A stretch of 62,382 bases of DNA, filler included, from Basidiobolus ranarum (GCA_040143965.1; 18 parts of 18 records of this genome joined end to end with filler, not necessarily neighbours in it); one strand, 5' to 3'; positions 10,437-24,340 are shown, counted from the first letter of the whole stretch. The notes: generated by a model not told the origin, from the sequence alone. Numbers and translations: made by a program.

Positions 10437-11060
10437 CTAAGTAAATTCCTTATGAGAATAATGGATAATATCTTAGTGAAATATAAGATAGCTAAGTACT
10501 AAGCTATATATGACTATATAGGTGTTTAGGCAATGCTAATTTCAACACTAAGCTGGTAAAAATATTCTAACTAAATTCCAATTGAGATTAATGGGTAATA
10601 TCTTGGTGAGATATAGGATAACTAAATGCTAAACTATATATGACTATATAGGTGTCTAGACAATGAAAATTTCAGCAGTAACGTCTTTAACATCAAGCCA
10701 AATTGTATTAAAATCACTTGGTTTTTTTTAAGCTGGTATATAACTTTAGTTTCAGACAGCTTGTCATTGATTTCTTCTGTCACAGATTCCCAATGTCCTT
10801 TTTCTTGCAATGGCATTCTCATCTTGTTTTCCAGACTTGATAATTGATTGCATCCAATTTTTTGAAATAAGGTAAAGTATAACTCTGACAGACAGATAAT
10901 ATTAAAAGCATAATTGTAAAACTCTTAATCAGTTGAAGTATTTTGGAAGTTATTGTAAGTAGTTTGGGGAGCTGGAAGAATGGGTAGTTTCACTTAACAA
11001 CTTACTTAGTGTAAGCAGCCATTTATAATTTAATCAACAAGTAGACAAACCAACATCTAG
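10437..11060 (-). mobile_element. Nested family A LTR fragments and degenerate copia gag start
   Basis: Reverse LTR starts at 10547 and 10677. ORF MRMPLQEKGHWESV resembles the gag MKILLQEKGLWDTI at about 20200. Confidence 0.75.
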
Positions 11061-11362
11061 TGAAACAGTATCACAAGTTATCTCAAAATAACAAAGTCTA
11101 ATTGTGACCAGATACCCCAACAAAAACCACATAAATACCTAAAAAACACCCATTTAGTACTATTGATACCGATGATGTATAGAAGGATGCATACCATTTC
11201 AATGTGAAGAGTAGTGTCTAGCAAGCAAGAATACTTCAAGGAATTATTTAGAAATAATCGCGGAATAATATCAAGTAGCAATACATAATTCAAAGATTAA
11301 AAGTATTTAGTAGGTATTTTCCAATGACATTTATTTACAAGAACTAGAATGGGGGTTGCTAG

Positions 11363-11944
11363 TTACTTAGACAAAGTTTGGGTCGTATGAAGATTCAATT
11401 CACCACCTTCGCGGTGTTGATAACCCCAAGAATCGTCGATTTTATATTTCGGTGAGCCATCTTCATTGACCAGCGGTTTAGGGAACAATGATTTCACTTT
11501 CTGAACCAGAATGGGTTCCTGTGCTGGAGCAGGAGCTTCATGAACCTCTTGCTCCGATGCCTCCGAATTCTCCGGGGTTTCTTTCGCTTCAATGGAAGCA
11601 CGACGTTCTTTTATCCGATTTGAGATAAGTTCTTTGGCCATGGTCACTGTTTCGGTGACGCAACCTACCACACCTAGTTTGTCGGGAGATAGGTCGTTAC
11701 GATATTTTGGTGTAGAACTGTTTGGACGTGGTGAATCTACATGAAGGTTTCCGGGGCCTTCGGTTTGATTGATGGTGTGTTCAATGGAGGGGACTTTTCG
11801 ACCAGAGAGTAGGTGAAGATTGCTGAGACCTTGACCTGAAGAGTGCACTAGCTCGTCTGCTTGCTGTTGAGAGACCACCTTAGCATCTAAAGAGGGGATA
11901 GCTTTTGCGTCTCTTTCTAAGTCGGTTAGATTGGATTGTGGCAT
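11363..11944 (-). CDS. Hypothetical hydrophilic protein (193 aa)
   Basis: Clean ATG-TAA ORF, CpG-retaining like other genes, TATA-like TATATATA upstream (about 11995). No recognisable domain. Confidence 0.65.
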   Translation of the reverse strand: MPQSNLTDLERDAKAIPSLDAKVVSQQQADELVHSSGQGLSNLHLLSGRKVPSIEHTINQTEGPGNLHVDSPRPNSSTPKYRNDLSPDKLGVVGCVTETVTMAKELISNRIKERRASIEAKETPENSEASEQEVHEAPAPAQEPILVQKVKSLFPKPLVNEDGSPKYKIDDSWGYQHREGGELNLHTTQTLSK

Positions 11945-12360
11945 GTTATGGTAGAAGTTATTGAGTAAATGCGGCTACCTCGGCTCAAGTGCTATATATA
12001 TGTACTTGGGGTAAAAGATACCATGAACCTCTTGCTATTATGTCATAGTGATGATTCAGATCTAGGCGTTACCAATCATGTGTATGTCAGTCACGGTATC
12101 TTATAAGGCCGTATACATAAAATAGAATGCAGTCACGTGAATAGACTACTCATGACGGGCCTAGATGCATTTGTAAGCCTCAACCACAGCAGCATTCTAG
12201 ATACCTGTGTGACGATTCCTCATCCAACTCCAATATTACAGCGTTTATTTTGATTCGCATGAACCGAGGTCACTACAGATCTTACAATGTATTAAAGGTC
12301 AGGAACAAAGGAAAGATGGTGGGGGTGATGGGGGTAGTGGGGGAGGCAGTGGTTGAAGAT

Positions 12361-13446
12361 TTACAAGAAATAATCGGGTGTACGGCGAGAAACATGAGGT
12401 TCACCTCTTCTAGGGGCCGGGTCGAACTGAAGAAAGAAATGTTTCATGTGTTCGTCTAATTCCATGATGGCAGCCTGATTTCCACACCTATAACAGTAGT
12501 TTGGTGCACTGAAGATGGTAACAACATTCTTATCTTGGCTCCAGCTGTATCCCTACAAAGATTGCTTAATTTAGACTTCAAACATCTAATCAGTCATTGG
12601 CTTACCTCCATAACTAGTTGATGAGCTCTGGCGATTAGAGTCAGTCCATTATTGTGATTGAATGCATCAGATATGTCCTGACCGAAGGTGTAGCCAGCGC
12701 CTCTGGGAGAAATCCCCCAGCCACAACGGTCATCTGGATCTGACCACAGTAAATCACACATGGGTCCTTCATGGGGAACCTCTTGGATGCGATCTAAAGC
12801 TCGTATATGATCAAGAGAATCAATGGAAGGCGAAAGGCCACCATGAAGGCAAAATACCTGGATCTGTTAGTAAGTTCATTTGTCAAAGATCATTAACGTC
12901 ATACCTGGTCTTCGATCAACGCGGTGAGTGGTAAAAAATCAAATAGATCCGTAAAATACTTCCAAACGTTGGCGTTGCCATATTTCCTCAAACATTCATC
13001 ATAAAATCCATATACTTGAGTAATCTGTCTGGACTCGTGATTACCACGAAGTATGGTAATCCGCTCTTTATAACGGACTTTCATGGCCACTAGAAGGGTT
13101 ACAGTCTCAACCGAATGGTAACCGCGGTCGACGTAATCCCCCATAAATAAATAATTGGTATCCGGGGAGTTCCCTCCGATTTTGAACAACTCCAACAAGT
13201 CATGAAACTGTCCATGTACATCTCCGCATACGGTCACTGGACATTTTACAGGTTGAACATTTGATTCTTCTTTTAGAACTTCTTTGGCCTATTAAAGACG
13301 TAGAATTAGAGTCAAATGTTGAGCCAAATGGTGTACCATACGTTACCTACTTTGTCGCAAAGTTTTTTAACCTCTGCTTCAGGGAGTTGCTTACATTCCA
13401 TTAATTGTTTAATCCAGCCATCGACTGGCCCAACATCCATATTCAT
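12361..13446 (-). CDS. PPH21: Protein phosphatase 2A catalytic subunit, 307 aa, 4 exons (13446-13351, 13288-12905, 12857-12606, 12552-12361)
   Basis: [28 protein letters not shown] and the invariant C-terminus RRTPDYFL*. Three GT-AG introns keep frame. Confidence 0.97.
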
Positions 13447-13913
13447 TTCAGTTAACAGCTAACACACTTGAACTAAAATAAATAAAGGTTTTTTAAAGAC
13501 CACTTAATAGTGGAGACAAAGGAAACGCGATATAGGATTATAACGTAAGCTCCTGATGATCACTTATATCATAACTAAAGGTGGCTGAGTACTATATTAT
13601 CTGATTTATGAATGCATATTATCTATTCTGGGTATTATATTATGTGATTTCCGAATTCATATTATCTGCTTTACACATATCAGCAGATTCCCGATGGTCT
13701 CATCAACAAAAATGATCGGGCTTCAAGGCGAGTTGGTAGAGATATAAATTCTCTACTATCTTGTGGTATCTCAGGAGTAATTGACAACTACATCTGGTTA
13801 GGGTGTCTTCTGTNNNNNNNNNNNNNNNNNNNNNNNNNNNNNNNNNNNNNNNNNNNNTTAATTAATTAANNNNNNNNNNNNNNNNNNNNNNNNNNNNNNN
13901 NNNNNNNNNNNNN

Positions 13914-13967
13914 CTAGCAGGCTGGATCGAGTGGCACAATCTGACCTGGTCCGATGGAACAAGTCTA
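13914..13967. mobile_element. hAT-like transposon terminus
   Basis: Reverse complement aligns with 30170-30225. Confidence 0.6.
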
Positions 13968-14205
13968 TTGTTTTTGAAGATAATCCAAGTTGTATTTCTC
14001 TAGCTAAAAACCCTACATTTCATGCTAGAATAAAACATATAGATATTAAGCATCAATTTGTTTGAAGAGTAATAGAAAATGATATAATTGAACTTGTCTA
14101 TTGCCTCACTGAACAACTGATAGCTGATATCTTAACCAAACCTTTAGCTAAAGCTCAATTTGAATTATTCAGATATAAGTTAGGTTTAAGAAAAATACAA
14201 AATGA
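13968..14205 (+). mobile_element. Ty1/copia RNase H C-terminal remnant
   Basis: EDNPSCISLAKNPTFHARIKHIDIKHQFV...IADILTKPLAKAQF. Confidence 0.85.
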
Positions 14206-14809
14206 TTTTCAAAGACCACACCACTATCATTTGATCCTTGGAGCTTATGGGTGGTAGTTCCATTGTAGCTACTTCCCCAGCTCTGCCATGACACTACTAA
14301 AGGGCTGCATTGGTTGAATAAGAAGCTGTGTAGTGCAGCTTGTTGCATCTTGAGCTCCTATATGTTCAAAGGCTTCTTCTTGCAAGAACCAACATCCAAG
14401 ATGTTTAACAACTTTACCATGGTACTGGCTAACTTTGAAATTCTAAGTATTTCCTGATGTGGTTGGTTGTGATTGGTTCTGGACAGCATTAGTAATTTTT
14501 TCAACCACTTGTTCCTTATATATAGCCACTACATTAGGCTCCAACTGAATCTCTATAGGGTGATACTGTTGCAGATTAAGCCATGCAGTGTAGCATTTAG
14601 ATGGGTAGGATGCATTAGGCAGCTGCTAGTTTAATCATATTCTGGTTCAATTCTCACAATCAAAAATATGTGTTTATTGCAAATATCATAGATTTAGCAA
14701 TTTTGTCACTTATATCAAATTTACTAGTTTACCAACACTTCTCCACATTACCTCAATACTCATTCATGCTTTACAGGCATCACAGAGACTCTTTATTCAA
14801 GCATAGACA

Positions 14810-15440
14810 CTCAGCTTAAAATATGAAAAATGCTTGGGAAACACTTGAGAGACTATAGAAGACTCAAAGTCTATGGAGAACTGTTACTGGTGTGGAAACT
14901 CAACCAGATGACACCAAGCCAAAAGAGATAGGTGACTTGAAGAGATGGGAGGAGAAAGCCCTTTCCACCATTAAGCTGAATCTTGATGATGCTTGACTCA
15001 CTCTTGTACTAAATGTAGAATCATCTGCTGAGGTTTGGGCCACCTTGATGACCCTATGCAAACTAAAGGAATTGCTAACCATATATGTCTACTAAGGAAA
15101 CTATAGAGCTTCCTCAAGATACCAGACTCTGACTAATGGACCTAGCATACCAACAAACTCAAAGTCTTTATGCCAAAGCTGACTGCTGTAAGAAATACCA
15201 AGGCAACACTTAAGTGAACAAATATATTATACAATCATATATTACCAAGCCACTCTGTGATTAACACCACTATGGAAAATCCTGATGATATGCTACTTAC
15301 TGAGACTCATGTTATCTCTAAGCTATTTCATGTAAAGAAGCTGCTGGTACATAGGACTAAATATAACAACAAGAGTGTTTTCCATGCAAAAAAACACTTT
15401 ATTGAAGTAAGGAACTCTGGCAAGGAGATCAAAATTTTAT
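14810..15440 (+). mobile_element. Degenerate copia-like gag remnant
   Basis: LWRTVTGVE...WEEKALSTIKLNL...SSAEVWATL resembles the copia gag (UBN2) N-terminus; many stops. Confidence 0.55.
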
Positions 15441-15448
15441 GTTGCAGA

Positions 15449-17290
15449 TGATAAAAGTGTTTAGGGGTTATAGAAGTGTTTTCACAAGATTTGGGTTTGT
15501 TCATTAGACACTTGGGTTTTACTAAATTAAAAATGTCCTATTTATAGGTTACTATGAAATGGGACTATTGGACATGCTTACATTATAACAAACATGGCAG
15601 TTAAAAATAGGTGAAAATTTGAGGTGATTTGAAGATGTTTTGAGAAATTAATTAAAATTGATAAAAGTGAGCTAATTGCTATTTCTAGCAATTAGACCAA
15701 TAAACAAATGTATTTGAATGGCAGAATTGGGTGCTGAATAATTAGAATATATATATAAACCAACTGCTAAATAATGAGTTGCTATTTACCTAATTTGAAC
15801 ATTCACACTCAACTAATTATTTTGTATTTCTCTTAAACCTAATTTTTACCTTAATAAATCAAATTGTGCTTTGGTTCAAGGTGTGGTTGAGATGAAAGCA
15901 ATCATTTCTTCAGTAGGGTGATGGACAAGTTCAGTTATACTGTTCTCTATTGCTTCTCTAACAAAATTATATCTAATATCTATTTGTTTTGTTGTTGCAT
16001 GAAATGTAAGGTTTTTAGCTTATGAAATACAACTTTAATTATCTTCATATACAGTACTAGCATGTTTTTGCATGTATCCTGAGTCTGTATGTAATTTCTT
16101 TAACCACATAGCTTCTTGCGTAGTAGCAGAGGCTGCCATATACTTTGCTTCAAAAGTGGAAAGTTCTATGATTGTTTCTTCTTACTATTCCATGTTATGG
16201 CTTCATTACCATAGAGAAAAGTGTACCCCAGTGGTTGAACTTCTATTTTCAGGGTTTCTTCACCAGTCTGCATCACTGTAGCCATCATAATATATGCATC
16301 AGGAGTGGCAGAGTATTCATGACCTAGATCTACAGTTACTCTCAAATTCCTGAATATTTGTTTTCCTGTAGTATTATGCTCTGATCTGGGATTTTTGAGA
16401 TATCAGCTGACAGTTCCCACTGTTACAGCACTATCTGCATATTCTCAGCCATTGTGTATATTAAACTGCTCACCGTGCAATGATAAGGGAATTCCTGGCT
16501 TTGATTTGAGTCATTTTGGGCCAAAATGGGATACAATTTGATTAATTTCACATTGGGATCCATTGGAGTTGATACAGGCTTACTATTCTCCATGTTGACA
16601 CACTTTATGACATCTAGGATTTATCCAGACTGATACAGTATAATTTTTTGATTTGGTTTTATTTCTCTTGATATGTATTCCAGGAAAAAAACTTCATTTA
16701 CCCATATCAGCTATTGGCTATTGGTTTGATAAGCCACTTTTTATCTGAGTAAGTGCTGTTAGATTATTTGGGGCTGAGTTCAAGTCATCCACCTATGGTG
16801 CCAAAATAAGGATTCTATTTCTGTTTGTTTTGATGTAAATACTGTGATCTGCAGTGCATTTTTGGAATTCTACTGATTTCAAATAGATATCTATCTTGTT
16901 GTACCAGGCCCTCTGTGCTTGCTTGTGTCCATATAGCAATTTTGTAGTTTACAGACCATATCAGGATGTTCAGGGTGAACAAATTCATCTTGTTGCTCCA
17001 TAGAGATCTCTTCTTTTAGATTTCCATTCAGAAAGGCTGTTTCTACATCCATTTGATATAAAGCATTGCTAAGGATGGCTTAGAGGGCCAGGATGGATTT
17101 AATGGAGCTATACCTAGCTACTGGAGCAAACATTCATTAAAATCAACTCCTGGAGTTTGGGAAAAACCTGTTGAAACAAATCTTGCCCTGTACCCTTCTT
17201 TGGTTCCATCTGCTTGGTTTTTGACTTTGTAAACCCATTTGCAGCCTATGGGCTTTCTCCCTGATAGTAGCGGACTCAAAACCCATGTTT
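15449..17290 (-). mobile_element. Ty1/copia 3' part: degenerate RT-RNase H plus 3' LTR family B (15449-15801)
   Basis: Reverse-strand CKWVYKVK, YQMDVETAFLNG and RNase H remnants. LTR aligns with 33738-34089. Confidence 0.9.
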
Positions 17291-17934
17291 NNNNNNNNNN
17301 NNNNNNNNNNNNNNNNNNNNNNNNNNNNNNNNNNTTAATTAATTAANNNNNNNNNNNNNNNNNNNNNNNNNNNNNNNNNNNNNNNNNNNNCCATGGACAC
17401 AGAGTACGTACCTCTAAAATTCAGACTAAATTGTTTTTGTGATAATCTGGCAATATTTTTAGGAAAGCTGCAAGACAGACTTCTTGGTGAGATAGATCAA
17501 CATATGTAGTATTATTGTTTGAGCCATGGGGTAATCTATTCAATCAATGACACATCTACTTGTGGCAGAACTTTTGTTGACTACAAGTTGGGGATATTTT
17601 GGCCAAATTCTTTATGGAAATTTACAAAAATCCAAGGACTTATTCTCATTGTGAACAGTAACAATAATCAGTTATTTGCCAAGTGTCAGTGCTATTCAAA
17701 ATTTCAGATGTTTAGCAACTTTCCACCATTAGTTTGCTGGTATGGCATGTTGATGTTGTTGATTTAGGTCTGATCAGTCAACTATGTGCATATGTAGAGA
17801 CTAAACACAACAAGATTCTTGTATTTTTTGATTCTCATCATGGCTGGAATACAAAGCCTAAAATATCTAAATAAAGGCATGCCTATTAATTTGAATTCCT
17901 ACAGCAGTAGTCCCAGTAACTTGCCATTTGAAAA

Positions 17935-18449
17935 TTAGGTTTTTGCAAAAATTGCCTGAAATTAAATAATGCATGCCAAATATGAGGATCTATATTTTAA
18001 CATGTATGAATACCATCAAAATACCATCAAGAAACTGCCTTCACACCATCAAAATCCCTGGCAGAATGCAAGCCACCAGTATTGTGATGGCTCTCTGATG
18101 GTATTGCAATCCAGAAGGGTGGATCCAATCTGGATCAAATCATTTTTATTTTTGTCAGGGATGAAAGAAACTAGGGATTTCAAAGGTAATAAATTAGCAT
18201 TCAAGCGGTAAATGTGTAAAATTGGAGTTTTGTTTTTTGCACATGTGTTGATCCATTGTCTTCTAGGATTGTAGCCAATCCTGTGCAACTACTTTGTGAA
18301 ATCTTCAAATTACAATTCTGAAACTGAAACAATTGATTTAAATCAAATCTGACTTGACAGTTTTATGATGGTAATTGAATGGTCAATCCAACATGGAGTA
18401 AACTTGTGATGGTCTTCTTACAATAACAATCCTCAAATTTCTGTTAGGG
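17935..18449. mobile_element. Two nested CCCTAAC-TIR DNA transposon ends (at 18160 and 18449)
   Basis: 17935-18160 matches 51767-51993 reversed; 18161-18449 matches 6330-6620 reversed. Confidence 0.75.
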
Positions 18450-19744
18450 TATTAGCATTGACTTTTCCAATTAGGGCTAAATCCTGCTCGATCTTCTGAT
18501 TGCAATGTCTTCAGGATCCCAATTACACAAGATTTCTCACTTCCCCCATTTGCTATATGTCACATTGTGAGACAATAACTATGCAGGAGGACTCTTTAAC
18601 TCTACTAGAAACTAGGAATGATGGGGAGTAAGCACCTCTTTTAGTTCAAAGGGCAACACTGTTTATTAAATAAAGACATTCAGACATCAACAGACTAGTT
18701 CTGTTCTCTGTAATTTTCTGGACAGCTCAATCTTTTATCCCCATTTATCATGTGAAGATTGCCCACACACCCTGTAGCCAATTGCACAATATTTGTCACT
18801 CTTTTGGATGGATCCTCACTGGAAGAGACCTTCATTGAAAAGTCCAAATGTACAATTCAAAGTCATGTCTTCAGTTTTTGCACCTAGAGCAGTACCTAGC
18901 TCAGAAACCTGTCTGACAAAATAATAAAGACTCTAATAGTGATATCCATGTGACAGTAGATAATCCCATCAATTCAACTTTATCCCTGAAGGTAGTAATG
19001 ATGAATCAACTACTTTATGTCTTCTCATGGCATCATTTAGCAGTTAAAGAAGTAACATCTTAAGTGCATTTTGCTGGCAGTAGATCATATTTGATAGCTT
19101 TGTTGTATTGTTATTTAATAAGCAACTTCTCTTTCAGAACAAGATAAATTTTATTACCAACACTTTGTCATTTTATAGCTGGGAGTAAAATAGTGGTTCC
19201 ACAAAGCTTTGCCTTGCATTCTTCCCCTACATTTGTCTTGTAAAGTCTGTTTGCTTGTAGCATGATTATTGTCTTTTTGCATCAGACTTGATATTTATTT
19301 CTAAAGAAAATTTTCAGAGGAAAATATAGTTTCCAAAATTCAAGATGCAAAAGTTACAGAGAGTGCCAGTTTAAGGTTTATGGTGTGGTGAAGTATGTTG
19401 GGAGTTGCTACAAATAACTTTCAGCACCAAAAGAAATGAGGATCCTGGTGTACTCACTTGTTTGGTGCAAGTTGATATTAATACTTTTACAAGAAGTAAG
19501 CTAATGTGTGGAGCATGTTCAGAAAGGTCCAAAAAACATATGTACAAAATTTAGGATCTTTTGGATAGGCTTGGCAACATCATATGCTCTGAAAACTTCC
19601 AAGTTGGTTAAACTACCTCATGTAAGTGAAGAACTTGAATAACAACAGTACAATTCTGGTAGCCAGCCACATGACTATATAGATGCTTAAACCATGTCAT
19701 CTCTATTGGTAGTAACTCAAAGATAATTCTTTTTGTCTTACATC

Positions 19745-20766
19745 TGTTGAAATTAGCATTGCCTAAGCACCTATATAGTCATATATAGCTTAGTACTTAG
19801 TTATCTTTTAATTCACTAAGATATTATCAATTATTCTCAATTGGAATTTACTTGGAATATTTTTACCAACTTAGAAGTTCTCAAGTATATAGATTTTTCA
19901 AACTTGTGCTAGAAGCCCCAGACTTTGCACACATGTTCCTGAGACCTTCCTTAACCCATTCTAGATGTTAGTTTGCTTACATCTTGACAAAACTATAAAT
20001 GTCAATTTCCACTCAATGAATCAATAAGTGAATACCACCAAATCCTCTAATTCTCCAAACCACTTCCAACAGGCTCCCAAATACTTTAACAGGTTATGAG
20101 CCCCAAGCTTGCACTCTCTGTAATGTCTACTTCTCAAAGCTATGGAACTTTTTCTTCTTCTGAAAAATTGGATGGAACCAATTATCAGGTTTGGAACATT
20201 AAAATGAAAATACTACTGCAAGAAAAAGGACTTTGGGACACTATTGTAGGAGAAGAAACAATGCATAACTATCTGAAACCAAAGTTTTACTCCAGGTTAA
20301 AAAGGAACAAAGTACCTTTATCACAATTTGTCTAACTGTTAAAGACAAATTGCTTATTCAATGTTAAAGAGCTAAAACTGCCAAGTAGGTATGGAAAGCA
20401 TTGGAAGACACCTACCAAACAAGTTCTGCTGCCAACAAGATGTTTCTAAGAAGACAATTCTTTAATTTGAAGATGAAGTCAGGAGAAGTCATTTAATCAC
20501 TGATTAATAGAGTCACTATTTTAGTGGATGAAATGGAATGCATTGGAGTACCTACTACTGATCAAGATATCATAGTTACAGTCCTGAATAGCCTGCCATG
20601 TAAGTTTCAGAGTCTAGTAATGGCTCTAGAATCAAGAACTCAAAATTTGAACTTAAAATATCTATTTGGCAGACTTCTGGATGAAGATTTATGCAAATCA
20701 AGATCCAAGCAAAGGAATGAAAAGAATGCTTTAATAGGCTTTAGGGAACCTTCCTATAAAGGTCAA
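19745..20766 (+). mobile_element. Ty1/copia 5' end: LTR family A (19745-20091), PBS, degenerate gag
   Basis: 347-bp TG...CA LTR, PBS immediately downstream, gag EKLDGTNYQVWNIKMKILLQEKGLW and VLNSLP.KFQSLVMALE. Confidence 0.93.
20092..20103 (+). promoter_or_regulatory. Primer-binding site GGTTATGAGCCC (internal half tRNA-iMet, Ty5/copia type)
   Basis: Abuts the LTR; identical motif at 34090-34101; complementary to the anticodon stem-loop of initiator tRNA-Met as in yeast Ty5. Confidence 0.85.
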
Positions 20767-21299
20767 NNNNNNNNNNNNNNNNNNNNNNNNNNNNNNNNNN
20801 NNNNNNNNNNTTAATTAATTAANNNNNNNNNNNNNNNNNNNNNNNNNNNNNNNNNNNNNNNNNNNNGCGCATTAATTACTTGCACCGATGTACAAATAAG
20901 TTCCAGATTAGCGTCATTAACAAAGCCACATTCTGGGTTAATTACGGTTGGACTGATCGCACGCACCGATTGCTCACCATGTACTACTCATTCCAAGGAT
21001 ACTTGTTAATACTGTGCTTGACAGGGTCCACTTTATAGGCCCATAATTTCTGGAATAAGTCTCGGCAATACCTGATATTACCGCGTGGCGTGAGTATTGT
21101 TAGCACAGCATTTGGAGATATCACATTAGATTGAAATTGAAGTTTGTTATACTCTTTCTTTGTTTGGATGAGACATTCCTGAAGAGTTCAACTGTTGATT
21201 TGAATAAAAGTTAAAATAGCTATGATAATCAATTAAGATGAAGTACCAATAACTTTGCTTCGAATAGAGTTAAACCAGAACCAATTGTGCGAAAGAGGA

Positions 21300-24240
21300 A
21301 TCGTTATACCATTTGTCATTTGTCTGTAGTCTTTAGCGATTCTATACCACTTCGTAAACTCATTATCCTTATAGTGTCCTCCCAAACCTAACGTTTTGTA
21401 TGACCATACAGTTTGTCACATATCAGCAGTGTATACCTTTTCGTAGACTTTGCTATCAGTGTTTCCCATAGTCTCTAGCACTTTATAAACTCTTCTTTAA
21501 GCGTTATCCGTATTGCTTGGTTCTTGGCACCATGCTTTTGTCTTTTGTCAATAGGTATTTGCATTTTGTAGCATCTGCATTAAATGTTTACCACCGCTTT
21601 GTAGACTCTACTTTAAGTGCTTTCCAAATCCATCGTTTCTTGGCACCATACACTTTGTCACTTATCGGTGGTTTTTAGCATTACATAAACTCTTCCCCAT
21701 ACCCGTCATTTTTTGGCACCCTACCATCTGTCTTTGTCAGTAGTCTTTAGCACTTCGTACACCCAACCTTAAACATATTCTATACCCATCGTTTCCTGGC
21801 ACCGTACTCTTTCTCTTTTTCAGCAGTCTTTAGCGCTTGGTAGACTATCCCTTTGGTGTTTCCCATCAACATATTCTTCGTCATTTATTAGTAGTCCTTG
21901 GGACTTAATAAACTAACTCTACTTTAAGAATTTCGTAATCGCTATATCTCGACACTACACCCTTCGTCACTTGTCAGTTGTATTTGCACTTGATAAAACG
22001 TGCTTTAAGTGTTTTCCGTGCCGGTTGTTTCTTGGCACTATACCCTTCGTCATTTTCAGTAGTCTTTAGCACCTCTTTACCACTTTATAGGCTTTCCTTT
22101 AAGTGTTTTCCATACCCGTTGTTCTTGGCACCATACTCGTCAACATTTGTCAGTGGTCTTTAACTCCCCGTACATTCTCCTTTTAGTATTTCTCATACCG
22201 CTTGTTTCTTGGCTCATACCCTTTGTCATTTGTCGGTAGTCTTTAGCACTTTGTAGACTCTCCTTTAACATCACTGATACCCGAAATCTCTTGACACCAT
22301 ACGCTTAGTTATATGTCATTAGTCTTTAGAGCTTTCTTGAACTCTCCTTTAAGTGATTTCCATACCTGCTGTTTACTTTTACCGTACTCTTTGTCATTTC
22401 TCAGCAGTCTTTGGCATTTGACTCTGCGGGAAGTGATTTCAACACCACTCTTTTCCTGACACCTTACCCTTCGTCCTTTATGAGTTTTCATAGTGGTTGG
22501 ACACTTCTTGGACTCTCATTTAAGTGTTTCCCATACCCAGCATTTCTTGGCATCATATCCTTCATAATTTTTCAGTAGTCTCATGCACTCCGTAGCCTCT
22601 CTTTAAAGTACTTCCCATATCGCTCGTTTCTTGGATTCATACCTTATGATATTTTTCAGTAGTCTCTAGCACTGCGTAAGCCCTCTTTTAAGTGTTTTCC
22701 ATACTGGTCAATTGTTATTACCATACCCTTTGTCACTTGTCAGTAATCTTTAGCACTTTGTTGACTCTCTTGTGAGTGTTTCGCACACCTGCCATTTTTT
22801 GGCGCCATAAGTCAATAATATCTGGATCAAGTCTCGGCTATACCTAATAGTATCACTTGTCTCGTAGCATGTTGCTAGAAAGCCAAGAAATTCTTGTTTG
22901 GTATCTTCTGCATCAATAGCGTAGCAGTTGCGGTACCCGCACTTCAAATCAAACCCTGTTGGTCATCTACCTTCGAACTCAATTGTGTATTTGGATCGTC
23001 GCATTCCAATATCTGCATTCTTTGATGACACTTCGACATATTTTTTGGTTATTGTGCATATTGAACTCTTCTTTAATTGTTTGCCACACCCGTTATTCCT
23101 GTCACCATGCTCATTATCAACTGTCATTAGTCTTTAGCAATTCTTTACCACCTCGTTAACTCATTCCCCTTTAAGTGCCCTCCCAAACCCAACGTTTGTA
23201 TGACCATACAGTTTGTCACATATCAGCAGTGTATAACTATTTGTAGACTTCGCTATCAGTGTTTCCTAAACCTGTCATTTCTTGACACCGTACTCATCAT
23301 CGCTTATCAGTAGTGTCTAGCATTTTATAAACTCTCCTTTAAGTGTTTGCCATACCGGACGTTTGTTATCACCATACCCTTTGTCTTTTGTCAGCAGACT
23401 TACCATACCCTTTGTCACTGGTCAGCAGTCTTTACCACTTCGTAGACTCTTCTTTAAGTGTTTCCTATACCCTTCATTGTTGTCACCATACTCTCAATAA
23501 TTTTTTAGGAGTCTTTAGCATTCCATAAACTCTTCTTGAAGTGTTTCCTATACCGCTTAGTTTTTGGCACCATATTTTCTCTTTTTTCAATAGGTTTTCG
23601 CACTTTGTAGCATCTGTTTTAAATGTTTCCCCGCGCTTTGTGGACTCTACTGTAAGGGCTTTCCATACCCATCGTTTCTTGGCACCATACTCTTTGTCAC
23701 TTATCGGTGGTTTGTAGAACTACATAAACTCTTTTTTAAGTGATTTTCATACTCACTGTTTATTGTCAACAAACCCTTTGTCATTTGTCAGTGGTCTTTA
23801 GCTCTTCGTAGACTGTTCTTCAAACGTTTCCCATATCGCTCGTTTCTCGTCACCATACCCTTCATCATTTGTCAGTGGTCGTTAACACTGTATAAACTTT
23901 TGTTTAAGTGCTTCCCATACCAGTGGTTTCTTGGCACCATACGCTTCATAATTTGTCAGTAGTCTTTATCTACATACCTGCCGTTTCTTGGCACCATTCC
24001 CTTTGGCATTTATCAGTGGTCTTTAGCTGCTCGTAGACTCTACTTTAAGTGTTTCCATACTTGTCATTTCCTGGCACCATACCCTTCATCGCTTGTCAGT
24101 AGCCTTCAGCACTGTCTAAACACTCTTTCAAATGTTTTCTGTACGAGTTGTTTTATTATTACCGTACCCTTCGTCGTTTTCAGTAGTCTTTAGCACATCT
24201 TTACCACTTTATTGGCTTTCCTTTAAATGTTTCCCATACC
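21300..24240. repeat. Degenerate ~84-bp satellite (about 30 units) with ~1.8-2.1 kb higher-order duplication
   Basis: Hand consensus CCATACCCTTCGTCATTTGTCAGTAGTCTTTAGCACTTCGTAGACTCTCCTTTAAGTGTTTCCCATACCCGTCGTTTCTTGGCA. Interrupted by non-repeat DNA at about 22810-23080. Confidence 0.92.
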
Positions 24241-24340
24241 NNNNNNNNNNNNNNNNNNNNNNNNNNNNNNNNNNNNNNNNNNNNTTAATTAATTAANNNN
24301 NNNNNNNNNNNNNNNNNNNNNNNNNNNNNNNNNNNNNNNN

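Noticed and set aside
17391-19400. CpG-free stretches that are probably old transposon debris (17391-17930, 18460-19400)
   Set aside because: No motif could be recognised in any frame, so no family call is made.
21300-24240. Possible CRISPR array or repeat-protein gene
   Set aside because: Monomers are diverged along their whole length with no unique spacers and no cas genes. The consensus has stops in all six frames and the context is eukaryotic.
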